From assembly GCA_028534125.1 (NCBI GenBank), contig CM052817.1, positions 107,634,001-107,698,000 of the forward strand: 64,000 nucleotides of DNA. Reading direction: 5' to 3'. The DNA is from Lama glama. Taxonomy: Eukaryota. Positions within the stretch are counted from its first letter, which is position 1, and each line of letters opens with the position of its first letter. Shown here one piece after another: positions 42,661-55,760 of this stretch. The notes beneath the pieces are model-generated. The model was not told the origin of the DNA. It saw nothing but the letters and a program-made list of their open reading frames with translations, and searched no databases. The translations under genes were made by a program, and so were the position numbers.

Positions 42661-42804
42661 AAAAAATTTTTTATTTTTATTTTTAAAATTTTTTAATTTT
42701 TCTTTTTCTTTAGTTACTTTTTCTTTATTGGAGCTACTGGGGATTGAACCCAGGACCTCCTGCATGCTAAGCATGTGCTCTACCATGGAGCTATACCCTC
42801 CCCC
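42661..42804 (-). mobile_element. tRNA-Ala-derived camelid SINE (Vic-1-like) with TSD
   Basis: ggggattgaacccaggacctcctgcatgctaagcatgtgctctacca...gagctataccctcccc. TSD aatacttcttt at 42649 and 42809. Confidence 0.92.
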
Positions 42805-43344
42805 TCAGAATACTTCTTTAAAGAGTAATTTCCCATCATCTCTTATCTAGTTCTCAAGTGGTACAGTTTATATAGAAAAAAATAACAGCATTATTTTTAA
42901 GGAACACTGTGACCTGAACTTCTAACTCCCTTTTTATTTTCATCTGTCACGATAACTCTTGTACCGTGTTTGTGTCTCTGAGGCTGAGAACTGGGCAGTT
43001 AAACACAATGAGAAAGTATGTGTTAGTTAACTTCAGGGAGTGTGTGTGTGTGCGTTTTATGGTTTAGTCTATTCCAAACTGTCAATAATTGAACATGTCC
43101 CCTCACTCTTTTCTGCTCTCCTGTCCGCACTAAAACACCACCCAGTTCTTCCCTAGTGGACAGTCTGCCCACGCCTCAAAGTCCAGCCCAAATTCTGTCT
43201 CTGCAGAGCCTTTGGGACTAACCCGAGTAAGTTCCTTTTCTCAGCAGAACATCTAGTATGTATATGTATATATATTTAATTCTACAAGTTTTCAGTTCAT
43301 CAATATCATAGAGAAGTAGCACTGAATAGCATTTATGTAAAAGA

Positions 43345-43517
43345 AACTTGGGCTCAAATTCCACTTTTTCAATACTCAGCTCTGTAATCTTGGGCACATT
43401 TATAGTCTCTCAGAGCTTTGATTTATTATGTAAAAAAGAAAATGACTTGATTTCCCTTGGAGATTTGTTGTGAGATTAACATGAGTGATGTACATGAACT
43501 ATTTATCATGGTACCTG
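43345..43517 (+). mobile_element. MIR
   Basis: tgggctcaaattcc...gctctgtaatcttgggca...gttgtgagattaa. Confidence 0.65.
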
Positions 43518-43518
43518 G

Positions 43519-43841
43519 CTGTTACGGGCTGAATGTCCCCCCAAATGCATACGCGACTCAGTGCCCCCAGGGTGTAGTATTAGGAGGTGGGACCTCTGGG
43601 AGGTGATGAGGTCAGGAGGACAGAGCCCTCATGAACGGGGTTAGTGTTCTTATGAAAGAAGTCCGGCAGGTCCTCTCAGCCCCTCCTCCCACGTGCCACA
43701 CGGTGAGACGTGCGTATCCTGAAGAGGGTCCTCACCGGCAGCAAACACACTGGCACCAGGTCTCAGACTGGCAGCCTCCAGCCCTGTGCGAGCTAGATGC
43801 TTGCTGTTTATAAACTGTTCTAACAGCTAAATGGACTGACA
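43519..43841 (+). mobile_element. MaLR solo LTR (MLT1A-like)
   Basis: tgttacgggctgaatgtcccccc...gtattaggaggtggg...agagccctcatgaacgggg...cagcctccag...aatggactgaca. Confidence 0.85.
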
Positions 43842-44344
43842 CTGATGCACTGACAGATCTGCAGTTATCATCTAGAATTTAAACTTGCTGTAAATGCATA
43901 TTTGTATGTATGTGGCTATGATCTCCTGAATCTCCAGACATCACAAGGTATTCGGTGGTAGGGGGTGTGTAGGTCTGACCTTGGATGTCCTACAGCGTGG
44001 AGCTGTGCATTGCAGCATTTGTGCTGTGGGAAACCACGTGAGCGTGTGACACAGTTTCCATGCACGTGCCATCCAGGTCAGGTTGGGGTGGGGGCATTTT
44101 TGCACAGACGGGGAAACTGCAGATAATTTCTCCTTATGTGTCTGTTAACTGCAGGGCCCTCAGCCTGCAGAATTTGTGAAGCTAGCTTGGGTTTTATTCT
44201 CAAATTCTGTTCCTCGAGGTCTCCTTGCCGAGACATTAAAAAAAAAAAAGAACAAAGACTAACATAACAAATATCATGTTTCCAACTTCTAGAATTATCC
44301 TGTCAATTTTTTTGTGCACATTGGCTTTCAGAATGTACTTGAGA

Positions 44345-44381
44345 GGGGGTATAGCTCAAGGGCAGAGCATTTGACTGCAGA
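44345..44381 (+). pseudogene. Tailless retropseudogene of the 5' half of tRNA-Cys(GCA)
   Basis: GGGGGTATAGCTCAAGGGCAGAGCATTTGACTGCAGA matches the tRNA-Cys 5' half through the GCA anticodon (44377-44379). Flanked by direct repeat CAGAATGTACTT at 44329-44340 and 44378-44389. Confidence 0.88.
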
Positions 44382-44751
44382 ATGTACTTTAGGGACATAA
44401 ATACATCGAAGTCAGAATCCCTCTAGCCATCTCCTCATGTCTCCTTCCTGCACCTTCTCCCCAGAGGTGATCACACTTGTGAGGTTAGTATGCATCTTTT
44501 CAGCAAATTTAAAAATCATTTTACATACATAATCAGTGGATATCTGTGTGTTTTTTTTAAAAAAAAACTAGCATATTGTAAATGCAGTTGATGACACGCA
44601 CTTTTCTGTAACTTGATATTCTTGTTTTTTAACAACTGCTCCTACTTTAACAAGTGGAGAGGTGCAGGGTCCAGCCAGTCTGGGGGCTACGGTTTTATGG
44701 TGCCGGAAATAGGGCTGAACCCAGAGGTGGATATGAGGGATGGTCTATTCT

Positions 44752-45318
44752 TTTTTTAATACCTTTATTGTGGTATGGTTCTTGTTCAGTAAACTTCACA
44801 TATTTCAGATGCACAATTTGGTGATTTTTGATAGATTTACACACCCATGAAACCACCACCACAATCAAGATAGCCAATATTTCCATCACTCCCCAAGAAG
44901 TGCAATTTTCAAATTCTCAATTTGTCTCTTCCTACCCTCCTTTTACCCTCTGGTAACCAACCATAAGTTTGCTTTCTATGTTTGTGAATCTGTTTCTATT
45001 TTGTAAATAATTTAGTCTTTTTTTCTTTTTTTAGATTCCACATATAAGTGATATCATATGGTATTTTTCTTTCTGTTTCTGGCTCACTTCACTTTGAATG
45101 ATGATCTCTGGTTCCATCCATGTTGCTGCAAATGGCATCATTTTATTCTTTTTTATGGCTGAGTAGTATTCCATTGTAGATATATACCACAACTTCTTTA
45201 TCCAGTCATCTGTCTATGGACATTTAGGTTGTTTCCATGTCTTGGCTATTGTACATAGTGCTGCTATGAACATTGGGGTGCAAGTGTCTTTCTGAATTAT
45301 ATTTTTCTCCAGATATAT
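44752..45318 (-). mobile_element. L1 3' fragments: an older piece at 44752-44895 and a younger piece at 44900-45318
   Basis: acacacccatgaaaccaccaccacaatcaagata, then ttagattccacatataagtgatatcat...gctgctatgaacattggggtgca. Confidence 0.85.
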
Positions 45319-45382
45319 TTCTTGAGAACATAGGTCTACAAGGCATCAGCCAAGAAATTTTCCCTTGGTTGGAACAGGAATA

Positions 45383-45516
45383 TTTTTTTGTGGGGGAAGG
45401 GTGGGTAATTAGGTTTATGTATTTATTTATTTATTTTTAGTGGAGGCACTGGGAATTGAACCCAGGACCCCATGCATGCTAAGCATGCGCTCTACCACTG
45501 AGCTGTACACCCCCCT
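45383..45516 (-). mobile_element. tRNA-Ala-derived camelid SINE (Vic-1-like)
   Basis: Reverse complement GGGGGTGTACAGCTCAGTGGTAGAGCGCATGCTTAGCATGCATGGGGTCCTGGGTTCAATTCCCAGTGCCTCCA plus an (AAAT)n tail. Confidence 0.92.
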
Positions 45517-47279
45517 CAACCCTGAGGTGGAATCTTAATGTGACAAATACCACATTATTGCCTTTGGTCCCTTTAACATCATACGAGAGGCTTTGCTTGG
45601 CTTCATAGATGTTCTATTTAAATAATTGGCTTACAGCCATTTGTTCTATTTTTCTCATTAGCCTATCTCAGTACTTTTAATTCTACTTTATAAACAAAAG
45701 CAGGATTTATAAGAGTACAGGATACTGCTTACAGGGTTCAATTAAATTCAGCAGACTTGGATTGAGGCATTTCTGTGTTCTAGCTAAACAATTCCCAATC
45801 AATCTGTGTGCCTCGGGCATCCTTTCAAATGGTTGTGTCTTGGCTCCTGAGTCTGACACAATGTCATTTCCACGCGTGGGGTCCATTGTTCTCCTGTTTC
45901 TCAGGGTGATCCCTTCCCAGATGTGTTTTTGGTTGATTCCCACAGCCGGCTCCATCTAGAAAGTCTGCAAACTCTCCTCCTGCAGAAACTGACCGGCTAG
46001 CTTATCCTTCCCACTAAGAAGCTGGTCTTTTCAAAACCTCGGGGAGATTAGGAAACCCACAGTAGAATTACATTGCCCTTTATTTCAAAAGGCAAAGAGT
46101 TTCACTTTGTGTGGCCCTGAAATGGCATGTACTCCTGACACTAAAAATTCCTCTGCGAGAACATGAGAGAACGTGGAAAGTAAATACAAGGGCCCTGACC
46201 TTTGACATCGCATCTTTCGGGTTTTGACAAGGTTTCTCCGGTAGAAACCTGACTTTTAGAGACCACATTCTTTCACTCCACGGAATTTAAGGAATTTATT
46301 TGATTCTCCATGGAGGCAGCTTTGAAGACAAAGAGCTACCCAGCCACGCTGACCCTCGTCCATCACACAGGCACAGCCGGTTAGCGGGCCGGCCTCTCCA
46401 ACAGGAAGGCGCCTCCTGGGTCCTGGCCCGCTTCCTGTGAAGGGTTCTCTGTGTCTCAAAGCTTAGCCTTCCTCTTAAGGAGCATAAAGATCCTCAGATG
46501 TCTGCTCCCAACCTAAAAGCCTTTAGAATTTTACATATTCCTTCCTCCTACCGGCTAGCATTCAGAGAGCTCGGCATGGATTCTGCTAAAGCGTCATTTG
46601 CATAAAAGGTGGGCTGGGGGACTGGCTGATGTAGGTCTTTGCTCTTGCATCAGTCTGCTTCATGGGGGAAATGTCTGGTCAAATACATTCTATTCATAAG
46701 CCTCAACTTGCTAACTGACAACCAAGTGAACGTCTCTGGGTCATTTCGAATTTAATTATTAATCAAAAGCACAATGTATTTTACTTAATCATGGGTCCTT
46801 CTTGCTTCTATCAAGCCTTGCCATATAGTGCATAGTCAGTGCACTTCAGTCCTGAGTCTTGTCCCCACCGCTGGGCTGGAGACAACAGGGACTGGAGGAA
46901 TCCTGCATGAGTCCATAAATAATCTTTTGAGACTCAAAGATGGCTTGATGCATTGTTTGAGCTGGCTTTTGGGACTGGCTTCCCCATTAATCCTATGTCA
47001 TTGAAACATAGACAGTTTGAAACCATCCTTGACTGCTGTGTTCCAGGAAAACAGGAGGTCTAAGCACTGGATCTCTAGATCAATCTGCCTGGAAGTAAAA
47101 ACAAAACCATGGAAAGGGTAACACAACAGTATTGCCACAGGAAAAATGAAAGGTCAAGCAAATATTTACCTGGCGTGCTCTCTTCTCTATATATATTTTA
47201 TGTAATTATTTTTAAAAGATTTATGATTCATTTTGCCCTATGAAGTAGACTCAAAAAATTAAGGGAAAGCTGGCATTTT

Positions 47280-47779
47280 NNNNNNNNNNNNNNNNNNNNN
47301 NNNNNNNNNNNNNNNNNNNNNNNNNNNNNNNNNNNNNNNNNNNNNNNNNNNNNNNNNNNNNNNNNNNNNNNNNNNNNNNNNNNNNNNNNNNNNNNNNNNN
47401 NNNNNNNNNNNNNNNNNNNNNNNNNNNNNNNNNNNNNNNNNNNNNNNNNNNNNNNNNNNNNNNNNNNNNNNNNNNNNNNNNNNNNNNNNNNNNNNNNNNN
47501 NNNNNNNNNNNNNNNNNNNNNNNNNNNNNNNNNNNNNNNNNNNNNNNNNNNNNNNNNNNNNNNNNNNNNNNNNNNNNNNNNNNNNNNNNNNNNNNNNNNN
47601 NNNNNNNNNNNNNNNNNNNNNNNNNNNNNNNNNNNNNNNNNNNNNNNNNNNNNNNNNNNNNNNNNNNNNNNNNNNNNNNNNNNNNNNNNNNNNNNNNNNN
47701 NNNNNNNNNNNNNNNNNNNNNNNNNNNNNNNNNNNNNNNNNNNNNNNNNNNNNNNNNNNNNNNNNNNNNNNNNNNNNNN
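47280..47779. other. Assembly gap (500 N)
   Basis: N run. Confidence 0.99.
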
Positions 47780-50159
47780 TGTAAATGTACATAATTTTAA
47801 ACTTATTTGCAGCCCTATTTAACGTTAACTCGTTAAAAATGGTGCCTCATTTCATTGAAAGAAAGCATTTTTAAAAAATTTTACTTACGTTAAGTTTGTT
47901 TTATTTCTATCGTAACTTTACTGGCTTAATATAAATCCATTCTATAAATCAGAATTTCATTAAATGTAAACATTTTCATTTTTCTTTGTCCAAGTGCTCT
48001 TTGGAAGTCTTTGCATCCAGGAAAGTGGGTGCGCCTTTGGTAGACACTATTTTCATGCAGCTTTGCCTGTGAAAATTATAGAACATGAATTTTCTTTCTC
48101 TAAAAATAGGTTGCCACTTGCCTAGTCACTCGCTCCAGGGTCTTTCTGTGGCAGGATGATGTTTGAGGTCTCATCCTGATTCAGAGGTTATATGAATTCA
48201 ACAGATCGCATCTTTAGAAACAGATCCAAATATATTGTAGCGTTAAAAATATTTTTACTTATTTGTAAAGAAATACTGTTTTGTCTTTACTTATGACTCA
48301 GTGATGTGAAAGCAACTAGAGATACTGCACTGAACTGGTCCACACTGATAGTTACTGTAAAATGTGGAATTCTGGAGTATAGGTGATGCTGAGCAGTGAC
48401 TGCAACTTCCTGAGACCGAGGCACAGGGACGCTGGTGCCCGTTGTTAGATGCACATACTGCAGACGGTTTCCACTTTCCTCATCGTCTGCAACTGCTCTG
48501 TCAGTCACATTTGCATGCAGACTAATTTTACAGGCACCTGTTGCCATGGTAGCACAGAACAAGAATGAAAGCCATTATTTTACGGGGTGAGAGTTCCCAC
48601 GAGGTACAGGTGCGGGCTGGTGAGAACACCGCTTTTGCTTTGTCAGGTTGCCAAGGTACGGGGCCAGGTCTGTAATAACAAGTCCCGTGGGGACTGTGGG
48701 GCTCGTCTGAGGCTGTCCTTGTCTGTGATCTAGGCTACCTTCACACCTTTATTAGACCGCTGGGACCCAAATCTAGCCCCACTGATAACATGGCACTGAT
48801 TTCCATCAAGACACAGCGAAGCAGATGGATTTTCCAATGTGAGTTATTAGCTGATAAAGAAAGAAGCCCACACGTTTGTGTGTCTCTCTGCCTAGGGTGG
48901 GGCTGACAGTGGTAGTGATTCTTTCTGCCGTTTTGAAATAAGATAATTACAGAAAGGTTTTTCTCCGTGTGTTTTCTAAAAACTGAGACATCAAATGAAA
49001 TCATTGGAACTCAAAGGAACCTTGCAGAAAACTGATTTATCACTCTGAGGTTGTACCTGCTGTATCTTTGTCACGTGTCTATTACATGCCAGGCGTCACA
49101 TGGACTCCCCGTGAGAGGTAAGACTTCATGGTCCACAGTCAGTGAAATGAAACCCCCAGAGAGACCCAGACGAGAGCAAATGACCAGCACGGGCAGTTCC
49201 ATTTTTTGCTCCTTTCCCGTTTTTTCCATTCCATCCAGATGCCGTCTTACAAAGACCCATGTCTTACTCTGCTAGCATTATTTTGTTTACTTCACTCTTC
49301 CCAAAGGAGGCAGTGTTTTGGAGGAGCTTTGTAAATAGCCAAATACGAAGTGGATACTGACTTTCCGCAGGGTTCTGTCAATAATAAACGTTTACCAAGT
49401 GCCTACTGTATGCCGAGCGTTGGATGAGTTCGTTACTGTAGTGAATTACTCAGCTCTACCCCTTACCTGTCTTATTGTATCGTTTCCACTTGCTCTTTAA
49501 AACCAGTTCCCGGTAAAGGTGCGGTCTTTAACACAGTAACTTGACAAGAGATGGTGAGAAGCTTAAGCTATTGACTTAACAAACTGGAAACACACACACA
49601 CATGCATGCTCACACGCACCTGAGCTCACTCAGACCCTCAAAGAGGTGCAGGAAACAGGTAGAAGAATGTACCAGGTGATGTAATTTAACTAAAAGAACT
49701 GAGTGAGAGGAGTTTCTCACCTTGGTTGGAAAGTACATCTTCACTTTACTCCCTCTTCAGCCCCTGAGAGCATCTTGCCCTGGTTCCCTTCAGCTTTTGC
49801 TCTTTTGACGTTTTCACCTGATGCCGTGTTCCCTCGCCTGTCACCGCTCCTCCAGCCCTACAGGAGAGGGGTGGTGGGGCTTGCAGACATGGCAGATCTC
49901 CCAGCTTCCCCCTGTAGGCACAGAGCCCTTATTCAGCATTGACTCTGGCTGCCTGCCTGCCTGCCTCCCTCACCCGATGGTGCAGACTCGGACTGTGGGA
50001 TCAAGGGCCCGGGCAGTCCAGACCAGTCCTTGGAGAGAGCAGGGCCAACATCGAGCATTTGGACACTTTGGTATCAACTTGGGAGAGTATTTTTGTCTCT
50101 TGAATCTAACAAAATACTTGTTTGTATTTTTAAAGAATTTCATTTCTCTAGTAAAAAAT

Positions 50160-50253
50160 TATTCATTTCATTTTATTCTACTATTATTTTATTCTATCTA
50201 TTTATTTTATTCTATTCTATTCTACTCTACTCTTTTCTTTTTTTTTTCCTTTT
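50160..50253. repeat. (TTCTA)n-like low-complexity tract
   Basis: Directly visible. Confidence 0.8.
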
Positions 50254-50659
50254 AACAAAACAATAGTCTGCATGAAGTGTCAGGTCTGGGGAGAGAAAGA
50301 ACGAAAACACCTGGCTTTTCACTACAGACCGTTTGAGAAGCACTGGTCTACCTGCTCTCAGGTCCTCTAAAGATGTCTTTTGATTTCCTACCTGCATGCT
50401 TTTGCCTATTTTCTTAGCTAACACTGCCTAGCTCTTAAAACCCAACAGTGATATCCTCCACCTCATGAATTTTCCCTGAACTCTTACACTGAAGTTCTTC
50501 GTATTTCTGCTGAAACCTTGTGACTGGCATCTTATTGAAAGCAGTCTCACTTAGCGTTCTGTGCAAACGCGCGTGTCGTTCTGCAGCGCCACCTCGGAGG
50601 CTGCACCTGAGACATCCACTCAGGGTGCATAAAAGCGTGCACTTGGAAGTCACACACAG

Positions 50660-50880
50660 ACATCTGGGCTAGAGTCCTGAGTTCTGTCACGTGTCAGCTG
50701 AGGGATCTTGAGTCAGCTAATTAGCCGCTCTGTGCCTCAGTTTCCTCAGGTATCACAGGGGATTGCTGGTAGCACCTAGCTCTTAACGTTGCTGTGAAAA
50801 TCAAATAATACATGTGAACAGTTAAGGGCACAATTCCTGGCACACACCTGCCGCTCAGTAAATGCCTGCTGTTATGTTTT
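50660..50880 (+). mobile_element. MIR
   Basis: ctctgtgcctcagtttcctca...acagttaagggcacaattcctggcaca...ctcagtaaatg. Confidence 0.8.
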
Positions 50881-51019
50881 TCATTATCAATATTGGCAGC
50901 ATGTTTAGAATATATTCCATTGCCTTTGTTCAGGCAATAAAATTAGTCATGTAACTGCTTTGTTTTGAGGAGAAAGAGATAAGAAGAGACTCCCACAATG
51001 GCTTTGAAAGACCCACTTT

Positions 51020-51213
51020 TTTTTTTCATTTTCATATTCTTTTTCATTATAGGTTACCACAAGATATTGAATATAGTTCCCTGTGCTCTACAATAGAAAC
51101 TTGTTGTTAATCTATTTTATATATAGTATTTGGTATCTGCACATCTTGAATTCCCCGTTTGTCCCTTCCCACCCCCTTTTCCCCTTCTGGGAACCATCTG
51201 TTCTCTGTGTGAC
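51020..51213 (-). mobile_element. Short L1 3' fragment with TSD cccactttt
   Basis: cattataggttaccacaagatattgaatatagttccctgtgct. Flanks are acccactttt and gcccactttt. Confidence 0.85.
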
Positions 51214-52805
51214 AGGCCCACTTTTTGAAGACACGGCGAGAATGGATGGGGGTGCCAAAGTGTGGAAAGTCACTGGATTTCTGCAGATTCCTACTGAGCT
51301 TTGGGGAGCTGGTCTGGGCAGCCGGGACATCCTTGTTTAGGCTGTAGGCACAGCCTACAGGTCACTTATAAGAACTTTTTTTTCTGACAGACAAAACTAA
51401 CACTACCAGAAGGAAAATGGGATTTAAAAAAAGAAACTTTAGAAGAAAGGCAGCATGTCTAAAAATATCCCCACCCACAAAATATTTGGCTGGAGCACCT
51501 GGATTTTTCTGAATATATTTTTAGTTAGGTAAACACTGAACAGATATATTTTCCTAAAAGAAGAAAGAGTCATTTTATGGAAAAATGATGGTTGGCCATC
51601 ATCTTCAGCTTCAGAAGTTCAATTTTGTAAAAATTTTGCCTTTTTTTTTCTTTTTAAAGAGTGAGAAGCTGTGAATTTGAACAAGATGCAGTAATGGTGG
51701 TGAATAGTCATAACTGCTTAGTTGACAAGCTATACCCCCAAGTGGGTTCTTTGTAGGGTTACTATCCAAGAACACAGACACGCCAGTAATAACTCTGGGG
51801 CTTCGTCACGTGACAGTGAAACGGAGTGCTTGTTTTAATGCGTGCACTACACAAATACATACATTAGAACCATGTGGCAGATACATAGGTATCTAAGATA
51901 TGCTTTATTAGGCCTTAAAAAGTTAGGTAAAATCTGCTAAAACTAAGCAGAAATATATATATATATTTCTATATATAACTAAATTAAATGCCAAGAAAAG
52001 TGGCACTGAATTTAAGGATTATGGTTTCATGGTCAAATTATTTCCAGTATATTGAATGTCAATTTGAAGGGAGGACCATAAACATAATTCTGGGAAGAGC
52101 TGGAGGCATGATTTAAGAGTTACTTAAGCCCTTGCTAGACAGAGACACTGATGCAAAGACAGAATTTAGCCTCCAGTTGGAGGCTAAGAAAAATAAAGTA
52201 AACTCCAGTGATTTGAGGCCTTACAGTCTGATTCTGTGTCTGTAGGTGGAACACAGACACACTTATACACACGCACTCAACCCGTGTTAACATACACACC
52301 AAGCAGGTGCATGGATCTGAACTACAGGACTGACACACGATTTCGGAGGTGAAGTTAAGCTGAACACACGTTTTCAGTAATAAGGTCTGTTGGACCTGAG
52401 AGACGCAGCCGTCTGTTGGGGAAGTGAAATCATCACAGGCTGTTGAGTGATTCAAAATTAGATCAGACAAAGCACTTTAAAAATACGCCGTAGGAAGCAA
52501 TCTGATGTGGAGAAAAAGGCAGTAAAAAGATGCCCTAAGTTGGGTCTTTTCGACCTCTGACTTTGAATGCTTTCTTATAGTTTAAAAATGGAAAAGTGTA
52601 ATATTTACAGACATCCTGAAAGTGAGGATCTAAACTCTAAAGTGCTTGTTAGTCTACATACGTGATGCTCATGGCTCTCTTGTAGAAACAGCAGAAATGT
52701 CGCTACGTGTCTTAGTCCTTTCTCACCACTAGCAATCGACAATGAAGAAACAGCCTGGGGCTCAGAGCGCTCTTTAAGAAGTGCTTGGTGGATGTGTCCT
52801 TGAAA

Positions 52806-53077
52806 GTTAGTATCTGCAAATCTCAGAGTCTCGGTTTATCCCCCCCACCCTCTCTTCCCTCCCCGGTAACCAGAAGTTTGTATTCATTCTATGCATAAAA
52901 TAGATAAACAACAAGGCCCTACTATATAGCACTGGGAACTGTATTCAATACCTTGTAATAACCTGTAATGGAAAAGAATATGAAAAGGTATATATGTATC
53001 TATAGCTCTCACTGAATCACTATGCTGAACGCCAGAAATTAACCAACATTGTAAACTTCTACAATGAAATTAAAAAC
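52806..53077 (+). mobile_element. 5'-inverted (twin-primed) short L1 insertion
   Basis: An antisense L1 3'UTR piece (52806-52885) abuts a sense piece (52886-53077). The two are adjacent in the non-inverted copy at ~34985-35165. Confidence 0.85.
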
Positions 53078-54319
53078 AAAGTTCTATACACATTTATCCA
53101 AAATGTGGTAGCCTGAATGAAACAGGATTAAGATTTTTTTAAACCATATATAACGTCATTATAATTGGATTAAAACATATGGTGCTTTTTTGGGGGGAAA
53201 TGGTATAAAGATTCTTTGAGATTCATTAGCTAATGTTTGTTAAAAAGGGACCTTGGATGAGAAGCAGCTTCCAGAAGTAATTTTTTATGTTCTCTCTGAC
53301 CCTCTGGTCTTCACTTAAATAATTGGTGACCATGTACAAATCTCTTTATTTCATTTGGTTTCTCTTATATTCACAGGCAGTCAAGGTTCTCCATAAAAGG
53401 AAAGAAATTCAGGGGAAAGGGCCCAATACAGGTTTCTAGTGGTTTCTAATTTATGCCTCTTTCATGTGCCCTAGAGGGACTTGCTGGGCGCACTCTAGCT
53501 CACCTTGGGGGAATGTTGGTGCCCTTGGGTTCAGCGGATGCACTTGAACCAGCAGTGGGAACTGGCTGTGCCCTGGAGTCAGCCTCTGTGGCCTTCTGGA
53601 TAAACCATTGGTTAGACGTAACAGCCCCACGGATCGGCTTCCTGGAGCCAGTTCTGAAGGAGACCTCCCTGATCTGCAGGTTGTTTGGAGACCCGCCGTG
53701 CACCCTCTGAGCTGTCCAGGTGCCGGTGGCTCCGTGACCACCCCGCCCATGTGACTGGCTTCATATAAACGTCAAAGAAAGTTGGCTTATGCTAACTCCT
53801 CTTCCAGTCCCTGCTTCCCGAGGTGTGCTATTAATACCAAGTCCCCTATGTGCAGGAAACAGAGACGAGGGTCATTGGTCCAGTGCCTAGAGTTTGCTGT
53901 GGTACTGAGGCAAAATTAAACCACTTCATTTTCCTTTAGAAGTAGTGGTGATGCTGGGGAGGTGCTGGCCATGGGCGGCATTTGCCTCGGCACCCAGTCC
54001 ACTGATGGGTGGTGGAAGATGCCCAGTGAACAGCTGGCTGGCTGGCTGGCTGGATGGTTATTACAGGATAGGCTACATTTTGAGACTGCTATTCCTGCCA
54101 CCCTTTCTTAGCACTTGGCCACCTAGAGCGGCCAACCCCACAGGTCTGCGAAAACACAGGAGGGAGAGAAAGGACGGAGTTCGATGCCAGAAGAATCAAA
54201 GTGCCAGTCTGTGTTGAGGAATCTTTGAATCACAAGCATCTGTGCGACCTTGCCTAGCCTTCAGCTCCTCAACGTGATGACCTAGGGGGACACTGGGAAA
54301 CTGAAGACAAACACAGCTA

Positions 54320-54780
54320 TGTCTGAATCTTACCTTTGCTACTTGCAGGAATTCTGTCCTGCAGATATTTAACCTCTCTGAGGCTGTTTCCCTCTATTGA
54401 AATGGAGAAATTACCTTTTGCCTTGGAAGCTTGGTTTTTTTTTTAACTCCTTCCCCACAATAAGGTTTTGTTTGGTTTCTTTTTTTTTTTTTTTTGGAAG
54501 CTTGTTTTGAGATAAAACACTTCCTACAGTGTGCACGTGTGTGCCTGGACAGTAGTACTAACAGTTTTCATTTTTTCAAGGATCTTCTCAATGCCTGGGT
54601 CAGGGCTGGAGCATGTCCAGACCCTTTCATTAATCCTCTGACTAAATGCGCAGGGTGAATGCTATCATCCCCATTTTACAGATGATCAAATTGAGAGTCA
54701 GTGCAGTAAAGGCATCGCAGAGCTGCAAAGTGTGAGAGCCGATACTGGACTTTACGTTTATCTGATTCCTGAGCTCAGAC
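54320..54780. mobile_element. Two MIR fragments in opposite orientation
   Basis: tttaacctctctgaggctgtttcc...aaatggag (+) and atccccattttacagatga...gagctgcaaagtg (-). Confidence 0.65.
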
Positions 54781-55400
54781 TTTAATTTACCCTGAAGAAT
54801 AAATATTATTTCTTCCCTTGCCCCAAAGAAATGGAAATGACACAATTCTCCCTTTTTGAGTTCATCTGTTTACCCTCTTCTGTAAGGTAGTGGCCCTGTT
54901 CCCCCAGTAAACCCCAGGAGGCCCAACTGCTCTGCTCATCTTGCTTGCTTATTTAAAATCCAGCCGTGGGCTTCATACAAGTAGTGTGTTGGATTTCATG
55001 ATTGAACTTAACATCTTGCCAATATGTTTGTCCTCCGTTATTTCAGGTTAGATGCTGCAGCACGGAAGTTCATGGAGGTTCAAAGATGCAGTCGAATTCT
55101 AGAGACACTGGGATGACTCAGGTTTTCTATGACACAACCTGAGGGCGAGAATAAGATACAGCCTTCTGGGTGGGTCACAGGACAGTGGTCTCTAGCTTCT
55201 GTCCTGAATAGAATCAGATTCTTCTGGCCATGCATCCACCCATGATGTCAGTGGGAACTTTGAATGTTAAGGGTGGAGATGCTTAACTTGGATGATCTGA
55301 CCTTGGAGCTGTTAGCAGAAGCTGGAAACGCTCATTCTGTGCCTGAGTCAGAAGGATGTGAACCTTGGACTTACTCTGACAGTTGCCTTTAATTAAGTGA

Positions 55401-55760
<360 letters not shown>

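Noticed and set aside
45441..45516. Functional tRNA-Ala(AGC) gene on the minus strand
   Set aside because: It has an extra 5' insertion, an encoded CCA and an (AAAT)n tail, and several similar copies are in the window. It is a SINE.
47259..47792. 177-aa ORF, and likewise the ORFs across 4083-4430
   Set aside because: Artefacts of N gaps.
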